Virus record (IMG/VR): IMGVR_UViG_3300023174_000033
Coordinates: 62,001 to 126,000 of that record
Length of the DNA: 64,000 bases
Direction: 5' to 3' (one strand)
In this document: positions 10,528 through 21,162 of the stretch, piece after piece
Layout: every line of letters starts with the position of its first letter
Position numbering within the stretch: the stretch's first letter is position 1
Position numbers and translations under genes: made by a program
Notes under the pieces: model-generated
Seen by the model: only the letters and a program-made list of their open reading frames with translations
Told to the model about the DNA's origin: nothing
Database searches by the model: none

Positions 10528-11826
10528 ATGGTAAATAGGTATTTTGAGTTTGTTGATGAAAGAATTTTTGAATCACTAATTCTTGAAAGTAAGTTTGAGT
10601 TCTCGGATAAGTTTAGAAAAATATTGGGAATGATGCCAAAAGATAATGAAATTAAGAATTATCTTTTAGGTATGAAAGGTGTTGATATCAATTTAGTCCA
10701 AAATTATATTGATGTTTCGGATAATAAAGATGAGGTCACATTTATACAAGATAGAAGAGCTCAACAATTAATAAAGGATAATCCAACTGTTTGGAAAACT
10801 AATTCAAGTTTACCAGGTTCTAAATTTCTAACTTTTAATAAAAATGATGGAGGTGAATATAAAAACAAAAAAATATTTGATGCCCTAGGATTTGAGCCAA
10901 TGGAACCCATAAGTGAAAATCATCCTGTACCCGGTCCAAATGTAGTTGGTAAGGTATTGTCTGAACACATCAGCACTTTGAGTGGTAAAACTTATGTTTT
11001 ATTTGCATGGAATGACAATGGTACTGATAAATTTATTTGCTTAAATAAAGAAGCTTTGAATCAACATTCAGAAACAGAAAGGATGATTTATTCAAGTGGT
11101 AGAAACCCAATTAGAATTGGTAGGTTGGTAAATTCCATTATGTCCGCTGCTAAACAACCAGTGACACCAAAGCAAGTTGAGGATTTTACAAATGCTTATA
11201 AGTCTGCTTGGGATATGATGAATGATGCTTTCTTAAAGTTTGATATCGTTAGTGGTTATGATATAGCAAAATGGTATCACGAAGATACTTATGAATCCGA
11301 TGATTCAACTTTGGGTGGTTCTTGTATGAGATATGATTATTGTTCTGAATTCTTTGGGATATACACTGAAAATTCAGACGTTGTTAAACTTGTGATTCTT
11401 TATTCGGATAAAGATGGTAATGTGAAAGATGGTAAGTTTGTGGGTAAATATATCAAAGGTAGAGCACTACTTTGGAAAACAAATCAAGGTGATATGTTTA
11501 TGGATAGAATCTACACTAATAATGATTCAGATGTAGAACTATTCAAACAATTCGCTGAAAAAAATGGGTGGTGGTATAAGAAAGTTCAGAATTCTAACAA
11601 TAGATTCACCGCACAAAGAGGATCCTCCCTCAAAGATCCAACTTATACAGTTGATTTACAATGGGCTGACCACGAATACTATCCATATGTGGATACATTA
11701 TCTTACATGAAATTAAACCAATTAAGTTTAGGAGACACATCGGGAATCATATCAAATGACCAAGATACTATCACCGCTGGATACGATTTGAGAGATACTG
11801 AAGGTGATAGAGACGAACTTTATTAA
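10528..11826 (+). CDS. Conserved-looking phage protein of unknown function
   Basis: 432 aa; GSCMR, GRALLW, FMDRIY, YPYVDTL motifs; TATATA motif upstream. Confidence 0.6.
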   Translation: MVNRYFEFVDERIFESLILESKFEFSDKFRKILGMMPKDNEIKNYLLGMKGVDINLVQNYIDVSDNKDEVTFIQDRRAQQLIKDNPTVWKTNSSLPGSKFLTFNKNDGGEYKNKKIFDALGFEPMEPISENHPVPGPNVVGKVLSEHISTLSGKTYVLFAWNDNGTDKFICLNKEALNQHSETERMIYSSGRNPIRIGRLVNSIMSAAKQPVTPKQVEDFTNAYKSAWDMMNDAFLKFDIVSGYDIAKWYHEDTYESDDSTLGGSCMRYDYCSEFFGIYTENSDVVKLVILYSDKDGNVKDGKFVGKYIKGRALLWKTNQGDMFMDRIYTNNDSDVELFKQFAEKNGWWYKKVQNSNNRFTAQRGSSLKDPTYTVDLQWADHEYYPYVDTLSYMKLNQLSLGDTSGIISNDQDTITAGYDLRDTEGDRDELY

Positions 11827-11878
11827 TTTTTTTAAACTTTTTCAATTCTGACAATATATTATTAACAATCACATAATG

Positions 11879-11920
11879 TATGACATATTGTCATATATTT
11901 TTTTGTGGTATATAAATTGT
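11879..11920 (+). promoter_or_regulatory. Palindromic operator-like site plus sigma54-like -24/-12 element upstream of dnaK
   Basis: TATGACA-TAT-TGTCATA inverted repeat (11879-11895). TGGTATATAAATTGT (11906-11920) fits TGGCAC-N5-TTGC spacing. Confidence 0.4.
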
Positions 11921-11949
11921 AAGTAATTAAAGAAAAAATAAATTAAATT

Positions 11950-13848
11950 ATGGCAAAAAAAGAATATGTATTAGGAATTGACCTCGGGACAACAAACTCT
12001 TGTCTCTCCGTTGTTCAATCAGGAGATCCAATTGTGATCCCAAATCCAGAGGGTAGAAGGACAACCCCTTCAATTGTTGGATTTACTGATAGTGATAGAA
12101 AAGTTGGTGACCCAGCTAAGCGTCAAGCAGTAACCAACCCAACCAAAACTGTTTACTCAATCAAAAGGTTTATTGGAAAAGATTTCAATAATTGTAAAGA
12201 TGAAGTAACTCGAGTACCTTATATAGTTGAAAATACTGGTAACAACGTACCAGGGGTTAAGATTGACGATCGTCATTACACACCACAAGAAATCTCTGCT
12301 ATGATTCTTCAGAAACTAAAAAAGACTGCTGAAGATTATCTTGGACAAGAAGTTAAAAAGGCGGTAATTACCGTACCAGCTTACTTCGGAGATGCTGAAA
12401 GAACCGCAACGATTGAAGCCGGTAGAATTGCTGGTCTTGAGGTAGAAAGGATTATAAACGAACCAACTGCGGCGGCACTAGCTTATGGTTTGGACAAAAA
12501 AGGACAAGACCAAAAGATTATCGTATTTGACCTTGGTGGTGGCACATTTGATATTTCTGTACTTGAAATTGGTGATGGTGTATTTGAAGTAAAATCAACA
12601 GATGGTGACACTCACCTTGGTGGTGATGATTTTGACAACGCGATTATCTCTTGGATGGTGGATGAATTCAAGAAAGATGAAAACATGGATTTGAGTAAAG
12701 ATCCGATGGCTCTTCAACGTCTCAAAGATGCAGCTGAAAAAGCCAAGATCGAACTTTCTTCATCAGCTCAATCTGAAATCAATCTTCCGTATATCACGGC
12801 GGTAGATGGTGTTCCAAAACACTTTGTAAAATCACTTACCAAAGCCAATTTTGAGAAAATGATTTCCAAGTACATTGATAAAACAATCGCTTGTTGTAAA
12901 TCAGCTCTTAAAAATGCTAAAATCTCCGCAAAAGATATTGATGAAGTAATTCTTGTTGGGGGTTCCACAAGGGTACCAGCGGTACAAGAAGCAGTGGAAA
13001 AGTTCTTTGATAAGAAAGCTAACAAATCAGTTAATCCTGACGAAGTAGTGGCAATCGGAGCAGCTATCCAAGGAGCAGTTCTTCAAGGTGATATTACAGA
13101 TGTACTACTACTTGATGTTACTCCACTATCTCTTGGAATTGAAACTATGGGTAATGTAATGACTAGATTGATTGAAGCTAACACTACAATTCCAACTAGA
13201 AAATCAGAAACATTTTCCACCGCGGCCGATAACCAATCATCTGTTGAAATTCACGTTCTTCAAGGTGAGAGATCAATGGCTAAAGATAATCGTTCACTGG
13301 GTCGTTTCCACCTTGATGGTATTATGCCATCCCCAAGAGGGATCCCTCAAATTGAAGTAACTTTTGATATTGACGCTAATGGAATTCTTTCTGTAAGTGC
13401 TAAAGATAAAGCTACAAACAAGGAAAACAAAATTAGAATTGAAGGTGGATCTCAACTTTCCAAGGATGAAATTGAAAGAATGAAGAGAGAAGCTGAAGAA
13501 TTCGCAGAATCGGATAGAATTGAAAGGGAAAAAGTTGAAAAACTGAACAAAGCGGACTCCCTCATTTTCCAAACAGAAAAAAATCTGAAGGAATTTGATG
13601 ATAAGATTAGTGAAGAGGATAAAACTCTGCTTAATGAGAAACTTACTCAATTGAAGAATACTCACCAAGAGAAGAACCTTGATCTAGTTGACCAAAATTG
13701 TGATGAATTGAATGAGGTATGGCAAAAGATTTCAACGAAACTATATGGTCAAGTTCAATCTGATGTTCAGGAAATCAACCCCGAGGATATGAATCCGAAT
13801 GTAGGTGATGGACCTGAAAACGTCCAATTTGAAGAGGTTGTTGAATAA
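11950..13848 (+). CDS. dnaK: Hsp70 chaperone DnaK
   Basis: [42 protein letters not shown] motifs. Confidence 0.98.
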   Translation: MAKKEYVLGIDLGTTNSCLSVVQSGDPIVIPNPEGRRTTPSIVGFTDSDRKVGDPAKRQAVTNPTKTVYSIKRFIGKDFNNCKDEVTRVPYIVENTGNNVPGVKIDDRHYTPQEISAMILQKLKKTAEDYLGQEVKKAVITVPAYFGDAERTATIEAGRIAGLEVERIINEPTAAALAYGLDKKGQDQKIIVFDLGGGTFDISVLEIGDGVFEVKSTDGDTHLGGDDFDNAIISWMVDEFKKDENMDLSKDPMALQRLKDAAEKAKIELSSSAQSEINLPYITAVDGVPKHFVKSLTKANFEKMISKYIDKTIACCKSALKNAKISAKDIDEVILVGGSTRVPAVQEAVEKFFDKKANKSVNPDEVVAIGAAIQGAVLQGDITDVLLLDVTPLSLGIETMGNVMTRLIEANTTIPTRKSETFSTAADNQSSVEIHVLQGERSMAKDNRSLGRFHLDGIMPSPRGIPQIEVTFDIDANGILSVSAKDKATNKENKIRIEGGSQLSKDEIERMKREAEEFAESDRIEREKVEKLNKADSLIFQTEKNLKEFDDKISEEDKTLLNEKLTQLKNTHQEKNLDLVDQNCDELNEVWQKISTKLYGQVQSDVQEINPEDMNPNVGDGPENVQFEEVVE

Positions 13849-13869
13849 TATAATTCCCTCTCTGTCTTG

Positions 13870-13902
13870 AAAAAATACTCCCAATTGGGAGTATTTTTTT
13901 TT
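13870..13902. terminator. Intrinsic (bidirectional) terminator
   Basis: Perfect palindrome AAAAAATACTCCCAATTGGGAGTATTTTTT after dnaK. Confidence 0.85.
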
Positions 13903-13954
13903 GTAAAACTTTTGATCAAAGATTAGTAAAATATATAAGAAAAAAGTTTATAAA

Positions 13955-14218
13955 ATGTATTCAATGAAAGAAACAGCTATAAGACAATATTTATCAAAAA
14001 TTGATTTTAAAAGGGATAATTGGTCTTATGTACAAATTGAGGAGGATATGAAAAAGTTTTTGGGAGAAAGACCATCACTTGAAGTAAGTTATGAAAAAGA
14101 TGTAATGGTCAATGAAATTAGTGGTGAAGCGAAAGAGTTTAAGAAACTTACTACTATATCAGTAATTTTCACAGATTTAGACGATAAAATAAAGAAAGTA
14201 CAAATTTTAATTGATTAA
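13955..14218 (+). CDS. Hypothetical protein
   Basis: 87-aa ORF, first of three tightly packed genes. Confidence 0.6.
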   Translation: MYSMKETAIRQYLSKIDFKRDNWSYVQIEEDMKKFLGERPSLEVSYEKDVMVNEISGEAKEFKKLTTISVIFTDLDDKIKKVQILID

Positions 14219-14220
14219 AA

Positions 14221-14451
14221 ATGCAGAACTTAAGTGAATATTACTTGATTATTGAAAAAATAATTGACTTACCAAGTCCTAAAAGAAATCTTATTATGGA
14301 TATGTACAGGGATATGGTACATAGATTAGGTGATAAAAGTTCAGAGGGTATGGTTAAATCCTATTTCAACACATTAGAAATGGGTGGATTTATTACCAAC
14401 AGAACCATGGCTGAAAGGGATAAAAAATTAGGTGATATCGTAAATGAATAA
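14221..14451 (+). CDS. Small hypothetical protein with C-terminal RDKKLGDIV motif
   Basis: 76 aa; shared C-terminal tag (see findings). Confidence 0.6.
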   Translation: MQNLSEYYLIIEKIIDLPSPKRNLIMDMYRDMVHRLGDKSSEGMVKSYFNTLEMGGFITNRTMAERDKKLGDIVNE

Positions 14452-14812
14452 CTTTGATGTATCAGTTATTGATTATTTAGGTAAATTTCAAAATGGGGTT
14501 TTGGTCTTAATTGCTATAACCTTGGATAGTCAATATTTTGATGCAACTTTTTTTTACACAAAAGAAGAAATAGTTTTAACCATCTCGGACGAGATGGAAG
14601 AAGTTGTTGGGAATATAAAAGAACACCCAAATTATAAGGACCTACTGTTAATAATATTGAAAAAAGTTTTACCTTATCATGATATCGCGGATAGAATTGA
14701 CGATGTTGACTTTGGTAAATGGATTAAAGGGCAAATAGAACTATTTTCAGATGATGAACCAGAAATTATCCCAGATGGAGTAATTAAAAATATAAAAGAA
14801 GATAATGAATAA
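14444..14812 (+). CDS. Hypothetical protein
   Basis: 122-aa ORF overlapping the previous gene. Confidence 0.6.
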   Translation: MNNFDVSVIDYLGKFQNGVLVLIAITLDSQYFDATFFYTKEEIVLTISDEMEEVVGNIKEHPNYKDLLLIILKKVLPYHDIADRIDDVDFGKWIKGQIELFSDDEPEIIPDGVIKNIKEDNE

Positions 14813-14903
14813 AAAAAGATTAATATTATTGATTTGCTTATTGTCACTTTCCCTATCAGCATGTAAGACAAGTAAAACTTGTCCTACATACGAATGGATT
14901 TTC

Positions 14904-15437
14904 TCAAGCTTGAGAAATATCTGATAGTGTTAGGTCTAAAGCTGTAACCCGACCAAAGATACTCACCTCAATCTTTGCCTTCTCTCTTTCATAATCAAGG
15001 TTTGTAATTTTACCTTTGAATGAAGCGAATGGTCCGTTCTTTACAGTAACTTCTTGACCAATTGCGTATAAACCTTTATCAACGCTATTCCTAACCTCAA
15101 CCTCACCGTTCATCCTATCAATTTCAGATTTTCTTAAAATAATTGGATTGCCTTGCGGATCTTTTAAAACACTAGTCATTCCATTAATTACTTTAGTGAA
15201 GTGGAGCACCCTATCAATTGATTCGGTCTCAACGAAAATATATCCTGGGTAAAGAATTTGTTCTTTCTGTTTTACTTTACCATCTTTGATATAAGATATT
15301 TTCTGCGAAGGAATTAGAACAAAGATCTCTTCTTTAAATTCCCTTAACATATCAAATTTCAATTTTTCAGATACACTCTTCTCACGATTGTTCTGTACCT
15401 TTACTGTATACCAGTTTTTTTCTACCAATGTTTCCAT
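14904..15437 (-). CDS. nusG: NusG-family transcription elongation/antitermination factor
   Basis: NGN domain (WYTVKV...YPGYIFVE) and KOW domain (V.VKNGPFASFKGKI...VSIFGR). Confidence 0.92.
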   Translation of the reverse strand: METLVEKNWYTVKVQNNREKSVSEKLKFDMLREFKEEIFVLIPSQKISYIKDGKVKQKEQILYPGYIFVETESIDRVLHFTKVINGMTSVLKDPQGNPIILRKSEIDRMNGEVEVRNSVDKGLYAIGQEVTVKNGPFASFKGKITNLDYEREKAKIEVSIFGRVTALDLTLSDISQA

Positions 15438-15439
15438 AT

Positions 15440-15841
15440 TTATTTGTATAAATTCTTTAAGTATTTGATTTCTTCTTTTAACTCATCGGAATGAAATTTT
15501 ATTATAAACTCCAATTCGGAATCTTTAAACTCAAAATTATTCTTAATCAAAGTGAGTTCCTCATCTGAAAAGATAAAATCTTTCTTCTTTTCTGTTTTGG
15601 ACCAAAACCATTTTGGATATGGTTTATCTTTCATAAAAAGGAAGATTAAATCCATCCCGACTGAATAGTCTATATGTTTATCGTTCAAAAGTTGTGAAAT
15701 TTCTGGGTATTTTTTTGATAACAACCGATTTACGATGAAAAAGTATTTAATCTTTTGTTCATCAGTTACATACTTCCAATCCGAATGATTTTTGAACATA
15801 ACATTCGTAACACCTAAAAGATTGTCATCAATTTTTTTCAC
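15440..15841 (-). CDS. Possible clamp-loader small subunit (T4 gp62-like)
   Basis: FFIVNRLLS...LN...PYPKWFWSK resembles the gp62 pattern. GTG start at 15841 chosen to avoid overlap with the divergent gene. Confidence 0.4.
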   Translation of the reverse strand: MKKIDDNLLGVTNVMFKNHSDWKYVTDEQKIKYFFIVNRLLSKKYPEISQLLNDKHIDYSVGMDLIFLFMKDKPYPKWFWSKTEKKKDFIFSDEELTLIKNNFEFKDSELEFIIKFHSDELKEEIKYLKNLYK

Positions 15842-15902
15842 AGACTTTTTTATAAAATAAGATACAAAAGTTAAATAAATTTTATATCTTTGTAAAAATA
15901 TT

Positions 15903-17186
15903 ATGGCATACAAAGCAAAAATCAGTCAGCTTACCAATCTTAAACCACATCCCAATGCGGATCGTGTACAATTGGCTATTTGTAATGGGAATCAAGTTGT
16001 TGTTGGTATACAACACAAAGAGGGTGATATCGGCGTTTATTTTGACTCCGATGGACAACTATCCGAAGAATTCTGTAAAATGAATAATCTCTATAGAGAT
16101 TTAAAATTGAACTCAAATCCAGATTCTAAACCAGGATTTTTTGATAATAATAGACGAGTTAGAACTCAAAAGTTTCGCGGAGAGGTTTCTGATGGACTTT
16201 GGCTTCCCTTGCAGTGTTTTAGTTACATTTCAGACTATGATGCATTGGAAATTGGAAAAGAATTTGATAGTATAAACGGTCACGTCATTTGCAATAAGTA
16301 TGTTAATAAACAGACTATAGAATTTGCTTCAAAAAATAAAACCGTAAGAACTGCTAGAAAATCCGTAATGTTCAAAGAACATTTTGACACTGAACATTTT
16401 GGAAAAAATATAGAAAAATTCAAAACTGGTGATCTAATCATAATAACCGAAAAGTTACACGGAACTTCGGGCAGAGTAGGATATGTGAAAGTTGAAAAGA
16501 ACTTGAAATGGTATGAACGTATACTTGGGAAATTGGGAGTCAGTATTGAATCCTTTGAATGGCAATATCTAAATGGAACTAGGCGTGTTGTTCTAGAAGA
16601 ATCTACTGGTAAACAGTTTCATGATCCAAACATAAGGGAGAAATCTTTTGAGTTATTCAATGGTAAATTGAAGAAGGGTGAATCTGTTTATTTTGAAATT
16701 GTCGGATTTGAACCAAGTGGTTCTCCAATTATGCCGTCGGTTAATACAAAACTTCTTAACGATAAAAACTTCACCAAGAAGTATGGAGATCATATGATTT
16801 ATTCTTACGGATGCGAGACTAGAGAATGTGATATTTATGTTTACAGGATAACTTCAACCAATGAGGATGGTGATACTGTTGACTATTCTTGGTCTGATGT
16901 TGTTAAAAGGTGTGGAGAGTTGGGAGTAAAAACTGTTCCGGAAATAATGAAATTCGTCTATGGTGATAGTCAATCTGTTTCCGAAAATTGGTTTGATTTA
17001 GTTCCTTACTTTGCAAATGGACAATCAAGTTTAGACGAATCTCACATAAGTGAGGGAGTTTGTGTGAGAATTGAAGGAGGACTTGAAAACAAAACCTTCA
17101 AGTACAAGAGTTTTGAATTCAAAGTACTTGAAGGTATTATTAAAGATCTTGGCCAAATTGACCAAGAAGAAGCTCAATCACTATAA
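15903..17186 (+). CDS. ATP-dependent RNA ligase (DRB0094/Rnl5-like, N-terminal OB-type domain)
   Basis: HPNADRVQLA N-domain; motif I TEKLHGTS; FEIVG; EGVCVR; FKYKS. Confidence 0.85.
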   Translation: MAYKAKISQLTNLKPHPNADRVQLAICNGNQVVVGIQHKEGDIGVYFDSDGQLSEEFCKMNNLYRDLKLNSNPDSKPGFFDNNRRVRTQKFRGEVSDGLWLPLQCFSYISDYDALEIGKEFDSINGHVICNKYVNKQTIEFASKNKTVRTARKSVMFKEHFDTEHFGKNIEKFKTGDLIIITEKLHGTSGRVGYVKVEKNLKWYERILGKLGVSIESFEWQYLNGTRRVVLEESTGKQFHDPNIREKSFELFNGKLKKGESVYFEIVGFEPSGSPIMPSVNTKLLNDKNFTKKYGDHMIYSYGCETRECDIYVYRITSTNEDGDTVDYSWSDVVKRCGELGVKTVPEIMKFVYGDSQSVSENWFDLVPYFANGQSSLDESHISEGVCVRIEGGLENKTFKYKSFEFKVLEGIIKDLGQIDQEEAQSL

Positions 17187-18155
17187 ACCTAGGAAAACAG
17201 TATTCATTTTATCAATTATCTCTGTTGGAAAGTTAACAGTTTCAAGAGAGATAATTCTTTTGTTGCTTTCCAAATTTGAAGCAATTTCAGGGATTATTTT
17301 ATTTGAAATTTTCTTTTTTTCAACAATTAGATCGGCTATGTTCTCCATCAAATCTGGATCGGATAGGTTAAGTTCCCCAAATTCCTGTATATACTTTTGG
17401 TATATACTCATAGCACCATTGACACCTATTCCTCTTCTTTTTCCATTTTTCTCCACCGACCAAGCTGATGATATATTATCACTAGTATCACCTGATATAA
17501 GTTTAACTATCAAACACTCAATTGGATCAACTTCAAATATTTCATATTTATCTATGAACCCATTCATCATATTTTGAAATTCAGAACTATCATTCAAATT
17601 GAAAATATCATCGTTATTTACTTTTCTAATTTCCGATATAAATATTTTATAATTCTTTGGTAGAAATACCTTCTGTTTAGCTTGCATTTCATTTAACATA
17701 AAGTTAATATAAAATGGATTGGTTGAATATTTGATCAACTGTTTGATATCGTGGTCATTTGAAATTGTAATTGTTGACCGACCCTCATTGTTTGACTTTT
17801 CAATTAAAAAGGATATCCAATCATCACCTTCAATTCCTGGTGCTTCCAAAACCTTTATACCCCTTAATTTGATATTATTCTTAAAATCACCGTAACAATT
17901 GTAAACAAAATCCCAATCTACATCGGTATCTCTTTTACGATTTGATTTATAGTTCTTATTGAGTTTTTTCCTCCAAGATTTTTCCTTTGAATCTGAAACT
18001 AGGTAAATGTTTGTGAATGGGTACCATTTTCTATAATTATTAACGGATGTTTCTAAACTTTTCTCTAATGCTCCAAATAAAAGATTATTCTTATGGAGTG
18101 TAAAAACTAATTTGCTGAGGAGATAATTTCCATCAATAATTAAATTACACAACAT
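17181..18155 (-). CDS. rnh: T4 RNase H-like 5'-3' exonuclease / flap endonuclease
   Basis: LIIDGNY, SWRK...YKSNR, EGDD, SNDHDIKQL, GDTSDNI motifs; ATG at 18155. Confidence 0.85.
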   Translation of the reverse strand: MLCNLIIDGNYLLSKLVFTLHKNNLLFGALEKSLETSVNNYRKWYPFTNIYLVSDSKEKSWRKKLNKNYKSNRKRDTDVDWDFVYNCYGDFKNNIKLRGIKVLEAPGIEGDDWISFLIEKSNNEGRSTITISNDHDIKQLIKYSTNPFYINFMLNEMQAKQKVFLPKNYKIFISEIRKVNNDDIFNLNDSSEFQNMMNGFIDKYEIFEVDPIECLIVKLISGDTSDNISSAWSVEKNGKRRGIGVNGAMSIYQKYIQEFGELNLSDPDLMENIADLIVEKKKISNKIIPEIASNLESNKRIISLETVNFPTEIIDKMNTVFLGL

Positions 18156-18206
18156 GATAATTCGTTTTTTTTTGTTTATATTTGTAAAAACTTGTTTTGT
18201 TTCCAA

Positions 18207-18533
18207 ATGAAAAATCATTTAAGGGATAGAGGTTGGAGGAGATTCAAATTGGAATGTTACCACTTGAGACGCATGAAAAGGTGGTCGGGTTTGTATTGGT
18301 ATCGTTGGACTGATGTAAATCTAATATCAATTCAAAAGCCCATATGGATTGATTCTATAGGATTGGGAAACGTGAACATTGCGAAGAAAACAAGAACAAC
18401 AAAATGGGATACAAGACACAAAATGAAATGGGGGAAAAAGGGCAAAAGGAATTATGACTATAGCTCCGACCCCAATACAAGAATAAAAGATAAAGTTAGA
18501 TTTCTTAAAGAACTCAGAGAATATGGATATTGA
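18207..18533 (+). CDS. Small, very basic Trp/Arg-rich hypothetical protein
   Basis: ATG at 18207 downstream of a TATATTTG element; overlaps the next gene. Confidence 0.55.
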   Translation: MKNHLRDRGWRRFKLECYHLRRMKRWSGLYWYRWTDVNLISIQKPIWIDSIGLGNVNIAKKTRTTKWDTRHKMKWGKKGKRNYDYSSDPNTRIKDKVRFLKELREYGY

Positions 18534-19059
18534 GAAATTTATACCAGATACAAATCCCAATTGGGTCATAAGAAACAATACACTATATTATAAAAAGGGA
18601 GGATTAATACCTTTTTTAAAAAAAATTGATGGTAATTACTTTATATCACTTGACAGAAGGGCTACCAAGAAAGTAACCAAACTAATGAAGAAGTTACAAG
18701 ATATGGGTATAATTTTCTATCTATGTGATAGAATGACAATTGCTGAAAAACATATCTATAATCAAGATTTAGAGCGAATAATCAGAAATTATTTATTAGG
18801 ATTGAGTGATGAAAATTTCTTCCATTATGTACAAAATTCAAATTTTGACTACATAAAAAATCTTACTGATTTTTTAAATATGTACGATTGTCATAAACTT
18901 TTCAAAAAAGTTTATGATTCGCTCTTACACGGACATTTTACGAAAGTAACGATGGATTGGTATACTAGAACTAAATATAATATCGTTAAAAATGAGGAGA
19001 TTAGAGATTTCTACCAGATCTTGGAAAGACAAATCAAGTTAAATATCTTTTTTTCCTAG
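18523..19059 (+). CDS. Hypothetical protein
   Basis: 178 aa; ends RQIKLNIFFS. Confidence 0.6.
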   Translation: MDIEKFIPDTNPNWVIRNNTLYYKKGGLIPFLKKIDGNYFISLDRRATKKVTKLMKKLQDMGIIFYLCDRMTIAEKHIYNQDLERIIRNYLLGLSDENFFHYVQNSNFDYIKNLTDFLNMYDCHKLFKKVYDSLLHGHFTKVTMDWYTRTKYNIVKNEEIRDFYQILERQIKLNIFFS

Positions 19060-19257
19060 AATTTTTTCTATCTTCTCCCTTCTCAATCTAAATAAATATT
19101 TCTCCAAGAATTTTTGTATTTCTTCATCAATTCTCAAAGTTATCACAGAATTGTCACGAGATTTATCCAAGAGTCCTCTTATAAACTTTTGGAACTCTTC
19201 CTCAAAAATTGGGTCACCACTCAATTTTTTATAATTTTCATGCCATAGGAATTTCAA
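19039..19257 (-). CDS. Small hypothetical protein with C-terminal RREKIEKIL motif
   Basis: 72 aa; overlaps the topoisomerase stop. Confidence 0.55.
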   Translation of the reverse strand: MKFLWHENYKKLSGDPIFEEEFQKFIRGLLDKSRDNSVITLRIDEEIQKFLEKYLFRLRREKIEKILGKKDI

Positions 19258-21092
19258 GTTTGTAAAAGTTCATTTTTTCTCAAATCGGAATCTTTCCCAA
19301 ACCAAACATTCAAATATTTTTTTGAACTTTCGTCGGTTGTAATCCTTACAAGTTTGGGATTATTTATTATTTCTTTGTATTCATCATCAATCAAGGCACC
19401 AAGACCCTTTTTATATTCAATTTCCCAATCTTTTACATTGATAGTCTCTACCCATTTATTGTATTCTTCTTGATTATAAAAAGAAATCTTCTTCTTATTC
19501 TTTAAATGCTTTGATACCACAATTGGAGTCTCCGCTTTAAATACCATCGGGTTTTCAAATAATTCTGGCCAGTACTTGTGAAAGAAATTTATCAATAAAC
19601 CCACAATTGAACTTCCATCATGGTCAGCATCACAATAAAAAAGAATTTTACCATATCTTAAAGTTCCAGGAACAGCCTTCTGTCCTAATTTCAATCCTAA
19701 AGCCCCCATTAAATTAACAACCTCATTATTTGAAACTAATTTTTGATTGTTAATTTCTAATGCATTTATGAATTTTCCTCTTAAAGAAAAAGCACCTTGA
19801 GTTTGTGGATCGCGATACTTTCTAAAAGCCGATGAAGCAGAGTCACCTTCAAATATTGAAAGTGAGCACTTCCACCTCTCACGACTTTTAGCATCAATTA
19901 ACTTTTCAACCTTTATCTTTGAAAGATTTTTATTCAATTCTCTTGCTAACTTATTTTCATCAGCGGATTTCTTTTTCTGTACCCAATCAAGGATTGAACT
20001 AATTATCTCGGATTTCAAAATTGACTTTATCATCTTTTCAGAAACTTCAAATGTGTATCCAAAATCTTTAACCTCTGTAATTAGTTTTTCTTTTGTTTGG
20101 GAAGAGAAACTTGGATTTACAACTGTTGAACAAATAAAAATCTGAATATGATTCTTCAACTCCGATGGTTTGATATCAACCTTGTGTTTCTTCTGAAAAA
20201 AATCACGAAGATTTGTGACTATTTGGTTCATCACGTAATCAACATGATTTCCACCATCGTAAGTTTCTGTTGAATTAACAAATGATATTTGTTGAAATCC
20301 CTCATCTGAATGAGCGACTCCTAAACTCCAAGATTTATCTTGATTTGTCTCAAAAAAATAATCCTCACGATAAAACTTGATGTAGTCCTCAAAAGACTTA
20401 ACATTTATTAACTCATCATTAAAGTAAATTTTAATTGCGGGATTACAACCAGCAATATCATATACTCGTTTCTTTATAACATCAAACATTTCAGAATTCA
20501 AACAATTGAGTCCGAATTTTTCATAATCTGGAATAAACTTAATTGATGTGTGATTAACCTTACTTTTTTTAATTTGAGGTTCTGTTTTTTTACCCATGTT
20601 ATCAGAAAAAATCTGAAAATAGTGGTTCTTACCATCACAAGTGGATATAATAAATTCTTTTGAATAAATGTTTGTTAGACTTGAGCCAACACCATTTGTA
20701 CCTGCCCAAGTTCTTGATTCAGAATCATCAAAGTTGGAACCAGCTTTAAGATTTGAGAATATCATTTCTGGTATCCATTGATTTTCTTCTTTATGCTTTA
20801 CGACAGGTATACCACCGTTATCCCAAACTTCAATTTGGTCATTTTTAATAGTAATCTTTATTGTGTTTAGTTTACTATCATCTCTTTTATGTTCATCAAC
20901 AGAGTTTGTGATGATTTCGTCAAATATCTTGAGAAGTCCAGGATTATAAGTAATTTCATTTGAAATCATCTTCCCATCATTAATAAGAAATTTCTTGGAT
21001 GTATGTGGTTTTATTGAACCAATATACATTGAAGGTCTTGACAAAACATGAGTTCTATCATCTAATTTCTTAAACTTTTTCTCTATGGACAT
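19254..21092 (-). CDS. Type IIA DNA topoisomerase ATPase+TOPRIM subunit (T4 gp39+gp60-like)
   Basis: RPSMYIGS, EIITNSVDE, DNGGIP, GTNGVG, FEGDSA, DADHDG, YKKGLG; likely start ATG 21092 (MSIEKK). Confidence 0.93.
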   Translation of the reverse strand: MSIEKKFKKLDDRTHVLSRPSMYIGSIKPHTSKKFLINDGKMISNEITYNPGLLKIFDEIITNSVDEHKRDDSKLNTIKITIKNDQIEVWDNGGIPVVKHKEENQWIPEMIFSNLKAGSNFDDSESRTWAGTNGVGSSLTNIYSKEFIISTCDGKNHYFQIFSDNMGKKTEPQIKKSKVNHTSIKFIPDYEKFGLNCLNSEMFDVIKKRVYDIAGCNPAIKIYFNDELINVKSFEDYIKFYREDYFFETNQDKSWSLGVAHSDEGFQQISFVNSTETYDGGNHVDYVMNQIVTNLRDFFQKKHKVDIKPSELKNHIQIFICSTVVNPSFSSQTKEKLITEVKDFGYTFEVSEKMIKSILKSEIISSILDWVQKKKSADENKLARELNKNLSKIKVEKLIDAKSRERWKCSLSIFEGDSASSAFRKYRDPQTQGAFSLRGKFINALEINNQKLVSNNEVVNLMGALGLKLGQKAVPGTLRYGKILFYCDADHDGSSIVGLLINFFHKYWPELFENPMVFKAETPIVVSKHLKNKKKISFYNQEEYNKWVETINVKDWEIEYKKGLGALIDDEYKEIINNPKLVRITTDESSKKYLNVWFGKDSDLRKNELLQT

Positions 21093-21162
21093 TTTTTGGT
21101 GAAATTTGTGATTATATATATCCCTCGATAACTTTTGTTTATTCACCAAATATATTGACAGT

